Shown here: in pieces, positions 1 through 7,980 of the stretch
How positions within the stretch are numbered: the stretch's first letter is position 1
Layout of the letters: every line of letters starts with the position of its first letter
Virus record (IMG/VR): IMGVR_UViG_3300044971_000339
Location: 1-33,403 of that record
Direction: 5' to 3' (one strand)
DNA: 33,403 nt
From: a virus
Taxonomy: Duplodnaviria > Caudoviricetes
Translations under genes and position numbers: made by a program
The notes under the pieces: model-generated
Told to the model about the DNA's origin: nothing
The model's input: the letters and a program-made list of their open reading frames with translations, nothing else
The model's database searches: none

Positions 1-177
1 GCCGAAATTTACTCTCATTCTGCCTTCGTCTGCTCTTGAACCTGCTCACGCAGCTTTTGCCACAGCGCGACCGACATCTCCAACGGCAGTTTGCCCAACC
101 CCATCGCAAGGATGTTGGCCTCCTCTACCGTGATCTTGATGGTGAACTCTTGCATGTCAGGCAGCCCAAGGAAGGGG
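1..177. repeat. Terminal direct repeat, copy 1 (matches 33011-33187)
   Basis: Identical to 33011 onward for 97 nt, then mismatches at 98, 110, 156 and 169, and divergence from 178. Confidence 0.97.
15..155 (-). CDS. Small tail-associated hypothetical protein (46 aa, MQEFTIKITVEEAN...)
   Basis: ATG at 155 lies 1 nt after the upstream stop; its stop overlaps the nozzle gene ATG (ATGA); the longer track ORF overlaps 157..474. Confidence 0.8.
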   Translation of the reverse strand: MQEFTIKITVEEANILAMGLGKLPLEMSVALWQKLREQVQEQTKAE

Positions 178-474
178 TGTGTTCTGTGGGCTAACAGGTG
201 GGTTTGCCATCGAATCCAGTTGGCCCTGCACACAGGCTTGTGCGCTCTCGATTTGGTTGGCGGGAATCCAGCCAATGACCTGTTCCTGAGTCAGTTGGTC
301 ATAAGGGATGAACGCGCCCTCTTGGTCAGCCGAGTTGAACTGCGTGTTGCCGCCGATGGAGGCGGTGTTTGCGCCGTCCACCCCGGTCACTGTCCACAGT
401 ACGTTCACAACGTAATCTGGGTCAGGAGTTTGCAGGGTGTACATGCGGTCGATGGTGGTGGTGAATGTGGTCAT
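157..474 (-). CDS. Tail fibre-associated protein, putative assembly chaperone (allele A)
   Basis: Directly after a fibre gene; FIPYDQLTQEQVIGW and terminal PLPWAA motifs are typical of small phage genes following fibres. Confidence 0.7.
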   Translation of the reverse strand: MTTFTTTIDRMYTLQTPDPDYVVNVLWTVTGVDGANTASIGGNTQFNSADQEGAFIPYDQLTQEQVIGWIPANQIESAQACVQGQLDSMANPPVSPQNTPLPWAA

Positions 475-493
475 GGTATTTTTCTTTCAGGGG

Positions 494-1810
494 TTAAATT
501 GATTCCAGTGCCGCAACACGGGCACGGAGAGATTGAACTTCTGCGATTAAATTGGCAATCATTTCGGGGCTGCTATAAGACATGCCTTGCATTTCATCGC
601 CATCTTTGCTACCTGTCGCAATTTGAGTGCGTGAAACTTCTTGTGCCTCATGTGCAACCAAGCCGACAAAAACAGAGCCGTCATGTTTCCATGTGCCCTC
701 AACAGGTTTCAGGCTGTCGATGTAGGAACCAGAGTTGGTGATTGGGCCTGTGATGTTCTTCAGGCGGTAATCAGACGATGTGTTGTATGTGGTATTGTTG
801 ACATTCGTGGTAACTGACCCCGTTTCCGAACCATCCCACCCTAAAAACCTAATAGCTTTTGCGCCGACGTTATTTGAAGTATTTGCAATTTGCAAACCAA
901 TAGTGCCGAGGTCGCCATTGCAAGACCCAGTGAAGCTTACGCCGCCAGAAACGCCTCCAGCGGTGGTTATAAAGCCAGCATCAACAGTAAATTTACCATT
1001 GTTGTCAAACACACCCCGTGGATTCCCGTCTCCATCGGAAAGAACAATCCGATTTGAAAGAGTGCGGATGTCGAGGCCACCTTGGTTGCCGTTGTATCGA
1101 CCAATAATGGTATTTCTAGTTCCCGATGTAACCAAATAGCCCGCTGTATGACCAACAAATGTGTTGTAAATGCCTGTTGTTGAATTACCAGAATAAGAGC
1201 CAAGATATGTTGAGCCTGTACCAGTAGCGGAATAACCAGCTTGCCAACCAATGGCTGTTAAGTCTGCGGCAGTTGTGTTGGAGTACAGTGCCTGATAACC
1301 AACAGCGGTGTTGTTGGAGGCGGTGGTGTTGTTCAACAGGCTAAATTGCCCAAGAGCCACATTAAAACTACCGCTGGTATTACTCACTAAAGCTTGGTAG
1401 CCAAATGCAGCGTTGTTTGTGCCCGTGTTATTCGCAACAGTGGCCGAGCCGCGTAATGCAAGAGCACCAAACGCATCGTTTGTGTTGGCCAGAATGTTCA
1501 ATGCGGCTTGGTAACCTACAGCGGTGCTGTTTGTGCCAGTCGTGTTTGCAGCAAGAGCATTGAGGCCAAATGCCGTGTTGTCTGCACCACTCGTATTCGC
1601 CGCCAACGCACTCGTACCCACCGCAGTGTTGGTAGCCACAGCACCTGCACCGCGACCTACGGTGAGGCCGTGTATCGTTACGTCGTTGTTAACGACATTG
1701 ACTCCGGAGTTAAACGCAATAGCCCGAGGCACAACGTAGGTGTCGCCCGTCTGTGCGGCTTGGATCTGGGGGATTGCTGTATTGAGAAGAAGAACCTCGT
1801 ATGCGGCCAC
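494..1810 (-). CDS. Tail fibre/spike with YadA-like beta-roll repeats and C-terminal peptidase S74 intramolecular chaperone
   Basis: Repeated NTAVGxxAL units; TSSDYRLK autocleavage motif; GLVAHE motif and C-terminal coiled coil (LIAEVQSLRARVAALE); GTG start with GGAG upstream. Confidence 0.88.
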   Translation of the reverse strand: MAAYEVLLLNTAIPQIQAAQTGDTYVVPRAIAFNSGVNVVNNDVTIHGLTVGRGAGAVATNTAVGTSALAANTSGADNTAFGLNALAANTTGTNSTAVGYQAALNILANTNDAFGALALRGSATVANNTGTNNAAFGYQALVSNTSGSFNVALGQFSLLNNTTASNNTAVGYQALYSNTTAADLTAIGWQAGYSATGTGSTYLGSYSGNSTTGIYNTFVGHTAGYLVTSGTRNTIIGRYNGNQGGLDIRTLSNRIVLSDGDGNPRGVFDNNGKFTVDAGFITTAGGVSGGVSFTGSCNGDLGTIGLQIANTSNNVGAKAIRFLGWDGSETGSVTTNVNNTTYNTSSDYRLKNITGPITNSGSYIDSLKPVEGTWKHDGSVFVGLVAHEAQEVSRTQIATGSKDGDEMQGMSYSSPEMIANLIAEVQSLRARVAALESI

Positions 1811-1820
1811 GGCTTAACTC

Positions 1821-2024
1821 CTAAATCGGGTAATACTCGGTTCCGTCGCTTGTCTTGACGGAACTGGCAACAGTGTAATCAACACCAGAACTGTCTCTGG
1901 CAGGTAGTCCGATAGTGTACTGGGTGCCTGTCGAATCCAGTACGATAAACGGAGCGCCAGGAACAGGGACATAACCCCCGAGTGATCGAAGGTTCGGGAG
2001 TTTTAGGTTAAGACCGAGCAACAT
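1821..2024 (-). CDS. Small virion-module protein with DSSG-type repeats
   Basis: TAATG overlap with upstream gene; three V-x-[DT]-S-x-G-x-x-Y units. Confidence 0.7.
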   Translation of the reverse strand: MLLGLNLKLPNLRSLGGYVPVPGAPFIVLDSTGTQYTIGLPARDSSGVDYTVASSVKTSDGTEYYPI

Positions 2025-2275
2025 TACAGCAGTCCAACGATGTTGCTGGCAGTCGTGTTGGTTGACCAGACCCGTCGAGCCATCACCGGCAGGATGACGC
2101 CAGCAGGGACGTTGTAAAAGATCACGCTTCCACCGCCGGTGTCGTTGATCCGCACGTTACCCGACCCGCCGATGTAGAGCGCACGAACAGGCGCAACCAG
2201 ATCAGAGTCGGCTGGAGTGATAGCAATGCAGTTAACAGCGCAGCTATCAGGAGTCGTTGAAAATGGAGCAGCCAT
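2024..2275 (-). CDS. Spike base-like protein (RcGTA Rcc01079-like)
   Basis: AITPADSDL..VRALYIGGSGNV..VPAGVILPV..RRVWSTNTTA pattern; ATG at 2275 preferred over the track start at 2287. Confidence 0.72.
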   Translation of the reverse strand: MAAPFSTTPDSCAVNCIAITPADSDLVAPVRALYIGGSGNVRINDTGGGSVIFYNVPAGVILPVMARRVWSTNTTASNIVGLL

Positions 2276-2277
2276 GT

Positions 2278-2577
2278 CTACACCCACACATTAGACGAAG
2301 TTGATGAATCTTGCCACAAATTGCTAGAACAGATAAAGCCTGTCCCACTACTGTTCAGAATTTCCAAACTTACAACGTACCCAACAGCAGAACTTGTTAA
2401 CACTGTCAGCGAACACTGGTAGTCAACACCGCTAGAATCTCTCACGAGAAAACTGTTATCCGTTGACTTGGTAACCCACTGGTTTGCATCTGCCCTTATC
2501 TCTGCCCAACCCCCCGTCGCTGCAATACCAATACCGCTAAACGGAGCCTCTGAGAATGATGACAGACCGAACATCAA
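2278..2577 (-). CDS. Virion-module hypothetical protein
   Basis: N-terminal MFGLSSFSEAPFS motif typical of genes following MALVLKDRVKET-type fibres; shares RDSSGVDY with 1821..2024. Confidence 0.72.
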   Translation of the reverse strand: MMFGLSSFSEAPFSGIGIAATGGWAEIRADANQWVTKSTDNSFLVRDSSGVDYQCSLTVLTSSAVGYVVSLEILNSSGTGFICSSNLWQDSSTSSNVWV

Positions 2578-4247
2578 AAGCCTACTTCAGTAGTTTCCAG
2601 CTTGCACACCCATCTCACGGTGTCCGATACAGCGCCAACACCGGATACACGCAAAGATCCATCAGTCGTATTAGCAGCAAGCGATAACGTCCAGGCTGAT
2701 GCCCCAGTATCTTCATAGCCAACGGTTACAGTCGATCCCGTTAGCACAGTTGTTGACGCACCAGAACCACGTTTAATCTGGCCTTCAAACGTCCAAGACT
2801 TTGTGTCGCCAGCCCCGGTTACGTTGGCAATTACAGATCCCTTGAAAAATATTGCCGAGTTGTCTTGCAGAGTCAGCACATTACGGGTAAACCCAGCAGA
2901 CAAACCATCGCTAGACATCGTTTTTGAACTATTGTTGGTCGTGACCATCCCCAACAACATTGAGCCGGTTTGCACCATCCCAACGGTCGTGCCAGTGAAC
3001 GGATTTGCGCCTGATTGCGCCGCATAACCAATCATCTGCCGAGCCGTTCCGTATATCCCACCAAGGATTACAGAATATTGCCCGTCAGCAAGGTTGGTGC
3101 TGCCACTCAACACAGCAGATCGAGAACCGCTTGCAGTGTTGCTAATACCGCCAGAAACATTAGAAAACGTGCCAGATGCGGTATTGGACGAGCCACCAGA
3201 CACTACAGCAGTGCTACTTGTCGCAGAGTTAGACTGTCCACCACCAATTGCAGAATAATCGCCAGACCCTGTGTTACTGCTACCACCAGAAATCGTGGCG
3301 TATTGGCCTGAGCTCGTATTACTTATTCCGCCGCCAACCGATCCGTATATTGCTGATGCAGCGTTAAGACGCCCACCAGAAATTGTGGTGTACTGATTAG
3401 AGGAGGCATTTGATAACCCGCCACCTACTGAAGAATAAGCACCAGAAGCAGCGTTTTGCCGACCTCCGGCAACAGTTGAATACTCGGTTGATGCAGTGTT
3501 AAATCTGCCGCCAGCAATTGTCGTATGCGTTGCACTCGCATTATTGTCAGCACCGCCGGCTACTGTCGAATAAAAACTGGTTGCAACATTCCCGCCGCCA
3601 CCACCAACTGTCGCGCCAGTCTGTGTCGCTTGACACAAACTTCCGCCAGCGACTGTGCTATTTGTCGCAGATGAAATATTTCCGTACCCGCCGCCGATGA
3701 CAGCCAACGATCCACTTGCCACCTGTGTAGCACCAGTGCGAACCGTCTGCCAGTCAACCGCATACGTTCCGCGCTTGTTCCCACCAGTCGTGGTTCCGTC
3801 TGGAACCTGTGCAAGTTTCGCCCCTGTTCCTTTCGGAACAAGCGCAATGTCGCCCGTTGCAGTCGTGACAGCAGCAGTAAGACTTGCGACGTTTACCGTG
3901 GCATTAGGCGAGGCACCATTGATTTCACCCGTCACCGGCAGACTATCAGTGCTTACTGACTTGCCAGCAGGGTATGTGCAGAACACATCTTTAACACCAG
4001 CACCAAATCCAACAAAATTGCCGTTGTTGCTGCTTGCAAGCACCGTGTCTCGAGTCAACGTGCCAGAACCAACCGTGCCGATACCGACTTCCCAGTCAAC
4101 AGTCCCTTGAATGCAGTAATAGGTCGTGTTGCCGTTGCCGATAGCCGAGAACGCTTGGTATCCCTGCACAGCGCCCAACAGGGTCAGCGTACCAGTCCCT
4201 TGTGTACTGGTTGTCTCTTTTACCCGGTCTTTCAGTACGAGTGCCAT
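2574..4247 (-). CDS. Tail fibre protein with 15-aa Gly-rich beta-solenoid repeats
   Basis: MALVLKDRVKETT N-terminal anchor; regular STVAGGxxNxAS repeats; follows the adaptor gene. Confidence 0.85.
   Translation of the reverse strand: MALVLKDRVKETTSTQGTGTLTLLGAVQGYQAFSAIGNGNTTYYCIQGTVDWEVGIGTVGSGTLTRDTVLASSNNGNFVGFGAGVKDVFCTYPAGKSVSTDSLPVTGEINGASPNATVNVASLTAAVTTATGDIALVPKGTGAKLAQVPDGTTTGGNKRGTYAVDWQTVRTGATQVASGSLAVIGGGYGNISSATNSTVAGGSLCQATQTGATVGGGGGNVATSFYSTVAGGADNNASATHTTIAGGRFNTASTEYSTVAGGRQNAASGAYSSVGGGLSNASSNQYTTISGGRLNAASAIYGSVGGGISNTSSGQYATISGGSSNTGSGDYSAIGGGQSNSATSSTAVVSGGSSNTASGTFSNVSGGISNTASGSRSAVLSGSTNLADGQYSVILGGIYGTARQMIGYAAQSGANPFTGTTVGMVQTGSMLLGMVTTNNSSKTMSSDGLSAGFTRNVLTLQDNSAIFFKGSVIANVTGAGDTKSWTFEGQIKRGSGASTTVLTGSTVTVGYEDTGASAWTLSLAANTTDGSLRVSGVGAVSDTVRWVCKLETTEVGF
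3045..3719 (-). repeat. About 15 tandem 15-codon (45 bp) degenerate repeats within the fibre
   Basis: GG (once SG) dipeptide recurs every 15 residues from about aa 186 to 397. Confidence 0.85.
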
Positions 4248-4867
4248 TATCGCGCCGCCACTCTCATTACCAACGGGCTAGCAGAAAACTCTGCCTTGTC
4301 ATCCGACTCCGATAGCGCAGCAATCCCCCTGTTGTACAGCGCACCCCAGACCTGCAATCGAGCGTCGTTCATAAGGTACGGCTCGGCTTCTCCCAGGCTT
4401 GCGTACAGGAGACAGTCCATCGCATTCACCGTCCAGACGTTCGTGGTGTTCGTGTCTGACAAAAACGCAGGAGCAGAGTAGTACAGCATCACCAAGGTGT
4501 ACGCAGTATCAGGCGTCGGAGCAAACTTGAACTCGTCCGCTAGGATCGTGTAGTCCACCGGCCTGCCTGACTCGTAACTGCGGGAGTTGCGAGTAAAGAG
4601 GCTCGGCGTCATGTAGTTCAACGGGTAAACCGGCTCACCTTCTGTGTACAGATCGCGAATTTGTAGGAAGTCAGACGGTAGCTGCACTGTGTCGTCGCCA
4701 CCAGTCGTGGAGGTGGTGACAGATCGAAGCATCTGCCGGATGCGAAGCTCTCTCCGCAAGCGAATCTCAGCCAGACGGATGAAATCCGGTATCTGACTGG
4801 TCAGATCACTTCTTGCGAGATAGCTTGCGATTGCGCTTTGCAGATCGCTGTAGGTCGTTAGGGCCAT
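4247..4867 (-). CDS. Head-tail adaptor protein
   Basis: MALTTYSDLQSAIASYLARSDLT..IPDFIRLAE..LPSDFL..LLYASLGEAEPYL pattern; position after the capsid gene. Confidence 0.8.
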   Translation of the reverse strand: MALTTYSDLQSAIASYLARSDLTSQIPDFIRLAEIRLRRELRIRQMLRSVTTSTTGGDDTVQLPSDFLQIRDLYTEGEPVYPLNYMTPSLFTRNSRSYESGRPVDYTILADEFKFAPTPDTAYTLVMLYYSAPAFLSDTNTTNVWTVNAMDCLLYASLGEAEPYLMNDARLQVWGALYNRGIAALSESDDKAEFSASPLVMRVAAR

Positions 4868-5516
4868 GCTTTACGTCATCCCAACCGAATGTTTTGACCC
4901 CTATGTGTCCGATGTGCATCGACAACTCGTGATCCACCCAGACAGGTATATCGTTCTCCATGCACCGGACACAGAACGTTACATCCTCTCCGATTACATT
5001 GCCGTGATCCGTCCAGATAACGTCAAACCACGGGCGCGGAACCTTCTCGAAAACTTCTTTGTTGACAAGTGTACAAGCAAACCCTACCGCTGTCACCTGC
5101 TCAATTCCCTTCTTGCCACGGCTCTCAACCTTGTGCCAAACCTGATAAGGCTCACCCGTAGGCTTGCCTTGCAGCATCTCGCGTTCGATCTTCAGGTTCA
5201 GCGCAGTCGGTAGGATCGGTTCGCGTCTGGTCGTGGCATTAACACCAACCATCTGAACCTGCCGAGATTGCAGGATCTCTAGCGTGTTGGCAGGGAATCG
5301 TTGGTCAGAGTCAATCCACAGTAGTTGATCCGCACCCCACTCCAGAGCCTCTTGCGCCAGTTTTTCGCGCTGGGTAAAGATCAGCGTCCCAGGCATTTGC
5401 AGGAGTTGAATGTCATTCACTCCACGCTTTGCCTCGTATGCACACAGCCTTGCAAGGTCGAAACAGAACCCTGCCATTACTTCATCTCGACACGGTACGC
5501 AAATAGCGACTTTCAA
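4806..5516 (-). CDS. GT-A fold (GT2-like) glycosyltransferase
   Basis: KVAICVP strand, LLWIDSD (DxD), AVGFACTLV, GEDVTFC and HIG motifs. Confidence 0.72.
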   Translation of the reverse strand: MKVAICVPCRDEVMAGFCFDLARLCAYEAKRGVNDIQLLQMPGTLIFTQREKLAQEALEWGADQLLWIDSDQRFPANTLEILQSRQVQMVGVNATTRREPILPTALNLKIEREMLQGKPTGEPYQVWHKVESRGKKGIEQVTAVGFACTLVNKEVFEKVPRPWFDVIWTDHGNVIGEDVTFCVRCMENDIPVWVDHELSMHIGHIGVKTFGWDDVKHGPNDLQRSAKRNRKLSRKK

Positions 5517-5821
5517 ATGTGCCCCGGATGAGTTCTAAAGAATCGGTTGTCAGGATGGTTGAGGAAGGCTCTAAACGCCTTCTGATCGATGACCTTGAAC
5601 CCTTGCATTACCCGCTTGCGGTTCAGGTCGTCAATGACCGTCAAAGGAAGACGAGCAATGTGTGTGATTACATCGTCGAACTTGTTGGCAGTCTCATTGA
5701 ATTTTTTCTTGTTGGCCTCGATGATATGGGAAACATCCTGCTTGGTTTCCAATATCACACCGTCGTCCGTCTCGTGCGCGACAGTGATGGCCCCTTCGTT
5801 TACAGAGAATAGTTTTGGCAT
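5513..5821 (-). CDS. Hypothetical protein following major capsid
   Basis: ATG at 5821 (MPKLFS); QDVSHIIEANK..FLNHPDNRFFRT pattern. Confidence 0.75.
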   Translation of the reverse strand: MPKLFSVNEGAITVAHETDDGVILETKQDVSHIIEANKKKFNETANKFDDVITHIARLPLTVIDDLNRKRVMQGFKVIDQKAFRAFLNHPDNRFFRTHPGHI

Positions 5822-5823
5822 AT

Positions 5824-5853
5824 AAAAACGCCCCCACTCGAAAGCAGGGGCGT
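5824..5853 (-). terminator. Rho-independent terminator after major capsid gene
   Basis: ACGCCCCUGCU-UUCG-AGUGGGGGCGU is an 11-bp stem with two GU pairs, followed by UUUUAU. Confidence 0.85.
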
Positions 5854-5868
5854 CCACTCCGTTAAGAG

Positions 5869-6813
5869 TTACAGCGCGGGGTTAAGATCGAAAATTCCGG
5901 CATGAGCAGCCTCATTCCGCATCTCGAACGTGAACTCGCACAGAAGCTGCGTTTTATCACTGTCGCCAACCTTTGCAAGATCCATCGTCGCAAACGGACG
6001 CAGATACGCAAGGGCAGCGTACTCGGGATCAATCAGCAGTGCGTCACGAGTACGCATAAAGCGGTCAGGAACCACGCTGAGCGTCGAAAAATCGCTCATA
6101 TAAACATCGGCAGCGCCGATAATCGTGGTCGGCTGGTCGCCAGGAGCCATGAATCGCTGGGCAGCGATACCGGCAAACGAACTGACTTTCTGCTTCAGAC
6201 CAGAACCAAGAACCAGCATCGTCGGATTGCCACCCGACTCGAACGCCGCAGCAACTTCGTCCTTCAGAAGCTGCTCGGTGAAAGTCCGAGTAGCACCGTC
6301 GGAACGGGTCGATACGCCGATGGTCGTCGGGTCAGTGCCAGACGTACCTTTGGAGGTGTTGGTCTTGATCCACGACAGAATCGCACCGAGTTTGCGAGCG
6401 GAAGTGGACGAACCCTGGTCACGGCCCTGGTTGGCAGTGATGATGGTTTCCATGTCCCGCTTGAGTTCGGCTGCGGCTTTCGATAACTGATAAGCCTTCT
6501 CCGAGCGCCGACCGGCCTTGTTGACAGTTTCGAGCGTGCCGGACACTTGAATCGTCTTTTGAACGATCTGCGTGTAATTGCCGAGACGGGTGGTCGGGCT
6601 GATCGTTGCCGACACAGCGTCTGCACCTTCAACGGCAGCGTTAGCAGCAGTTGCAGCAGCCAGGGAATCCGATTGCCACTCGTGAAACACTGCGGTCGCT
6701 TTGGTGCGAGCCAGAGTGCTCATGATCGGGGTTTCGGTCGGGCTGATGTCATAGATGACATCGATGAGGTCTTCGCGCTGGCCAATGGCCGTGTGTGCGG
6801 TAAAGGTGGGCAT
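5869..6813 (-). CDS. Major capsid protein (DUF5309-like, HK97 fold inferred)
   Basis: GQREDLIDVIYDISPTETP, HEWQSDSL, NYTQI, ELKRDME motifs; follows scaffold and precedes a terminator. Confidence 0.92.
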   Translation of the reverse strand: MPTFTAHTAIGQREDLIDVIYDISPTETPIMSTLARTKATAVFHEWQSDSLAAATAANAAVEGADAVSATISPTTRLGNYTQIVQKTIQVSGTLETVNKAGRRSEKAYQLSKAAAELKRDMETIITANQGRDQGSSTSARKLGAILSWIKTNTSKGTSGTDPTTIGVSTRSDGATRTFTEQLLKDEVAAAFESGGNPTMLVLGSGLKQKVSSFAGIAAQRFMAPGDQPTTIIGAADVYMSDFSTLSVVPDRFMRTRDALLIDPEYAALAYLRPFATMDLAKVGDSDKTQLLCEFTFEMRNEAAHAGIFDLNPAL

Positions 6814-6821
6814 GATTGCTC

Positions 6822-7736
6822 CTATGCCAAGAATCGTTCAAAGATGGTCGCTGCGTCCCTAGCCTTGCCAGACTTACGCAAGCGGTTTCGTTCAGCTTTC
6901 AGCGCATCCGATTCTGGATTAACAACCTTCGCAGTTCCGGGCTTCATCATCTTCGGAGCCTCGGACACCTTTTTAGTGACCTCTGGCTTGTTAGAGATTA
7001 GCTTGTCGTACTGCGCGGCCTTCCAGAGCGTTAGCACTGCTCGGCTGTCATAGACTTGTGAAAGCTCCTGATCGGAAAATCCAAGACCTTTCGCGTAAGT
7101 GCGAATGTCTTTACGGACATCCTCTCCCTTTTCGGTATTCCACTCAGGAATTGCCTGGGCAACCTTCTCAGCTTCTTGAGCCAGCACCTCTTGCAGTCGC
7201 TGCTGTTGCTCCGCTTGTTGCTGTTGGGCAAGGCGAGAGCGTTCGGCTTGGACGGCAGTTAGTTGCTTCTCCCGTTGAGAAAGTTCGGCAACCTTTACGG
7301 CATACCCAATAGGGTCAGTATCTTTCAGGTGTTCAATATCCTCCGTCTTGTTCTGCTCAGATAGAACTTTTTCGATAAGTTCTAACCGTTGCGCATACTG
7401 ATCGCGGAGGGACTTTGCTTGCTCTACCGCAGCCTTTTCGGCCTCGATAGCCTTTCGCTGCTCGGCAAGCGCCTGGGTTTTCTGCGTGTAATCAGTGCCA
7501 AGCTGGTAAGACTTAATCAGGTCGTCCAAAGAAACTTCGCGTTCCTCACCTGCGGCTTTCACCCGGTAGCGCGGTGTTTCCTCAACTTCCTGCGTCTCCT
7601 GCTCAACCTGCGGCTCTTGCTCCTGTGAAACCTCGGGAGTCGGTTCGTCACCTTCCTCTGGTCCCATCAATCCAAGAATCGCGTTGGCTGCACCGTCAAC
7701 ACTCAGCGGTCCACTTCCGTTAGGAGTCGTGTCCAT
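6822..7736 (-). CDS. Capsid scaffolding protein
   Basis: Acidic N-terminus, EVSLDDLIKSYQLGTDYTQKTQ motif, coiled coil, position before MCP. Confidence 0.85.
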   Translation of the reverse strand: MDTTPNGSGPLSVDGAANAILGLMGPEEGDEPTPEVSQEQEPQVEQETQEVEETPRYRVKAAGEEREVSLDDLIKSYQLGTDYTQKTQALAEQRKAIEAEKAAVEQAKSLRDQYAQRLELIEKVLSEQNKTEDIEHLKDTDPIGYAVKVAELSQREKQLTAVQAERSRLAQQQQAEQQQRLQEVLAQEAEKVAQAIPEWNTEKGEDVRKDIRTYAKGLGFSDQELSQVYDSRAVLTLWKAAQYDKLISNKPEVTKKVSEAPKMMKPGTAKVVNPESDALKAERNRLRKSGKARDAATIFERFLA

Positions 7737-7752
7737 GTTTACCCGTCAAAAG

Positions 7753-7980
7753 TTACAAAATCTTCCAGCGTTTGCGCTCGATCTCTTTCGTATCAGCGAT
7801 ACTCTGGAAATGAGTGCGAATAACTGAAAGCGCCTTAATCATTCTATACGCATTTTCTCTAACGTCAACATCGTGCTCTAGCGAGTTCACAATCGTCTGG
7901 ATTTGCAGTTCGTGAAGTTTGGTTAACTCAGCGACAAACTCCTCGTCCCGCATGAGATTCGCAGCGCGTTCCGGGTTCAA
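7753..7980 (-). CDS. Small protein between portal and scaffold
   Basis: TTG start overlapping the portal stop; helical 75 aa. Confidence 0.7.
   Translation of the reverse strand: MNPERAANLMRDEEFVAELTKLHELQIQTIVNSLEHDVDVRENAYRMIKALSVIRTHFQSIADTKEIERKRWKIL

Noticed and set aside
1091-1630. NTAVG-type repeats as a novel repeat system
   Set aside because: These are ordinary YadA/Hep-Hag-like beta-roll repeats common in phage fibres
1-1810. Diversity-generating retroelement or invertase shufflon acting on the fibre
   Set aside because: No reverse transcriptase or invertase was seen, there is no template repeat with adenine-specific differences, and the end repeat is direct rather than inverted
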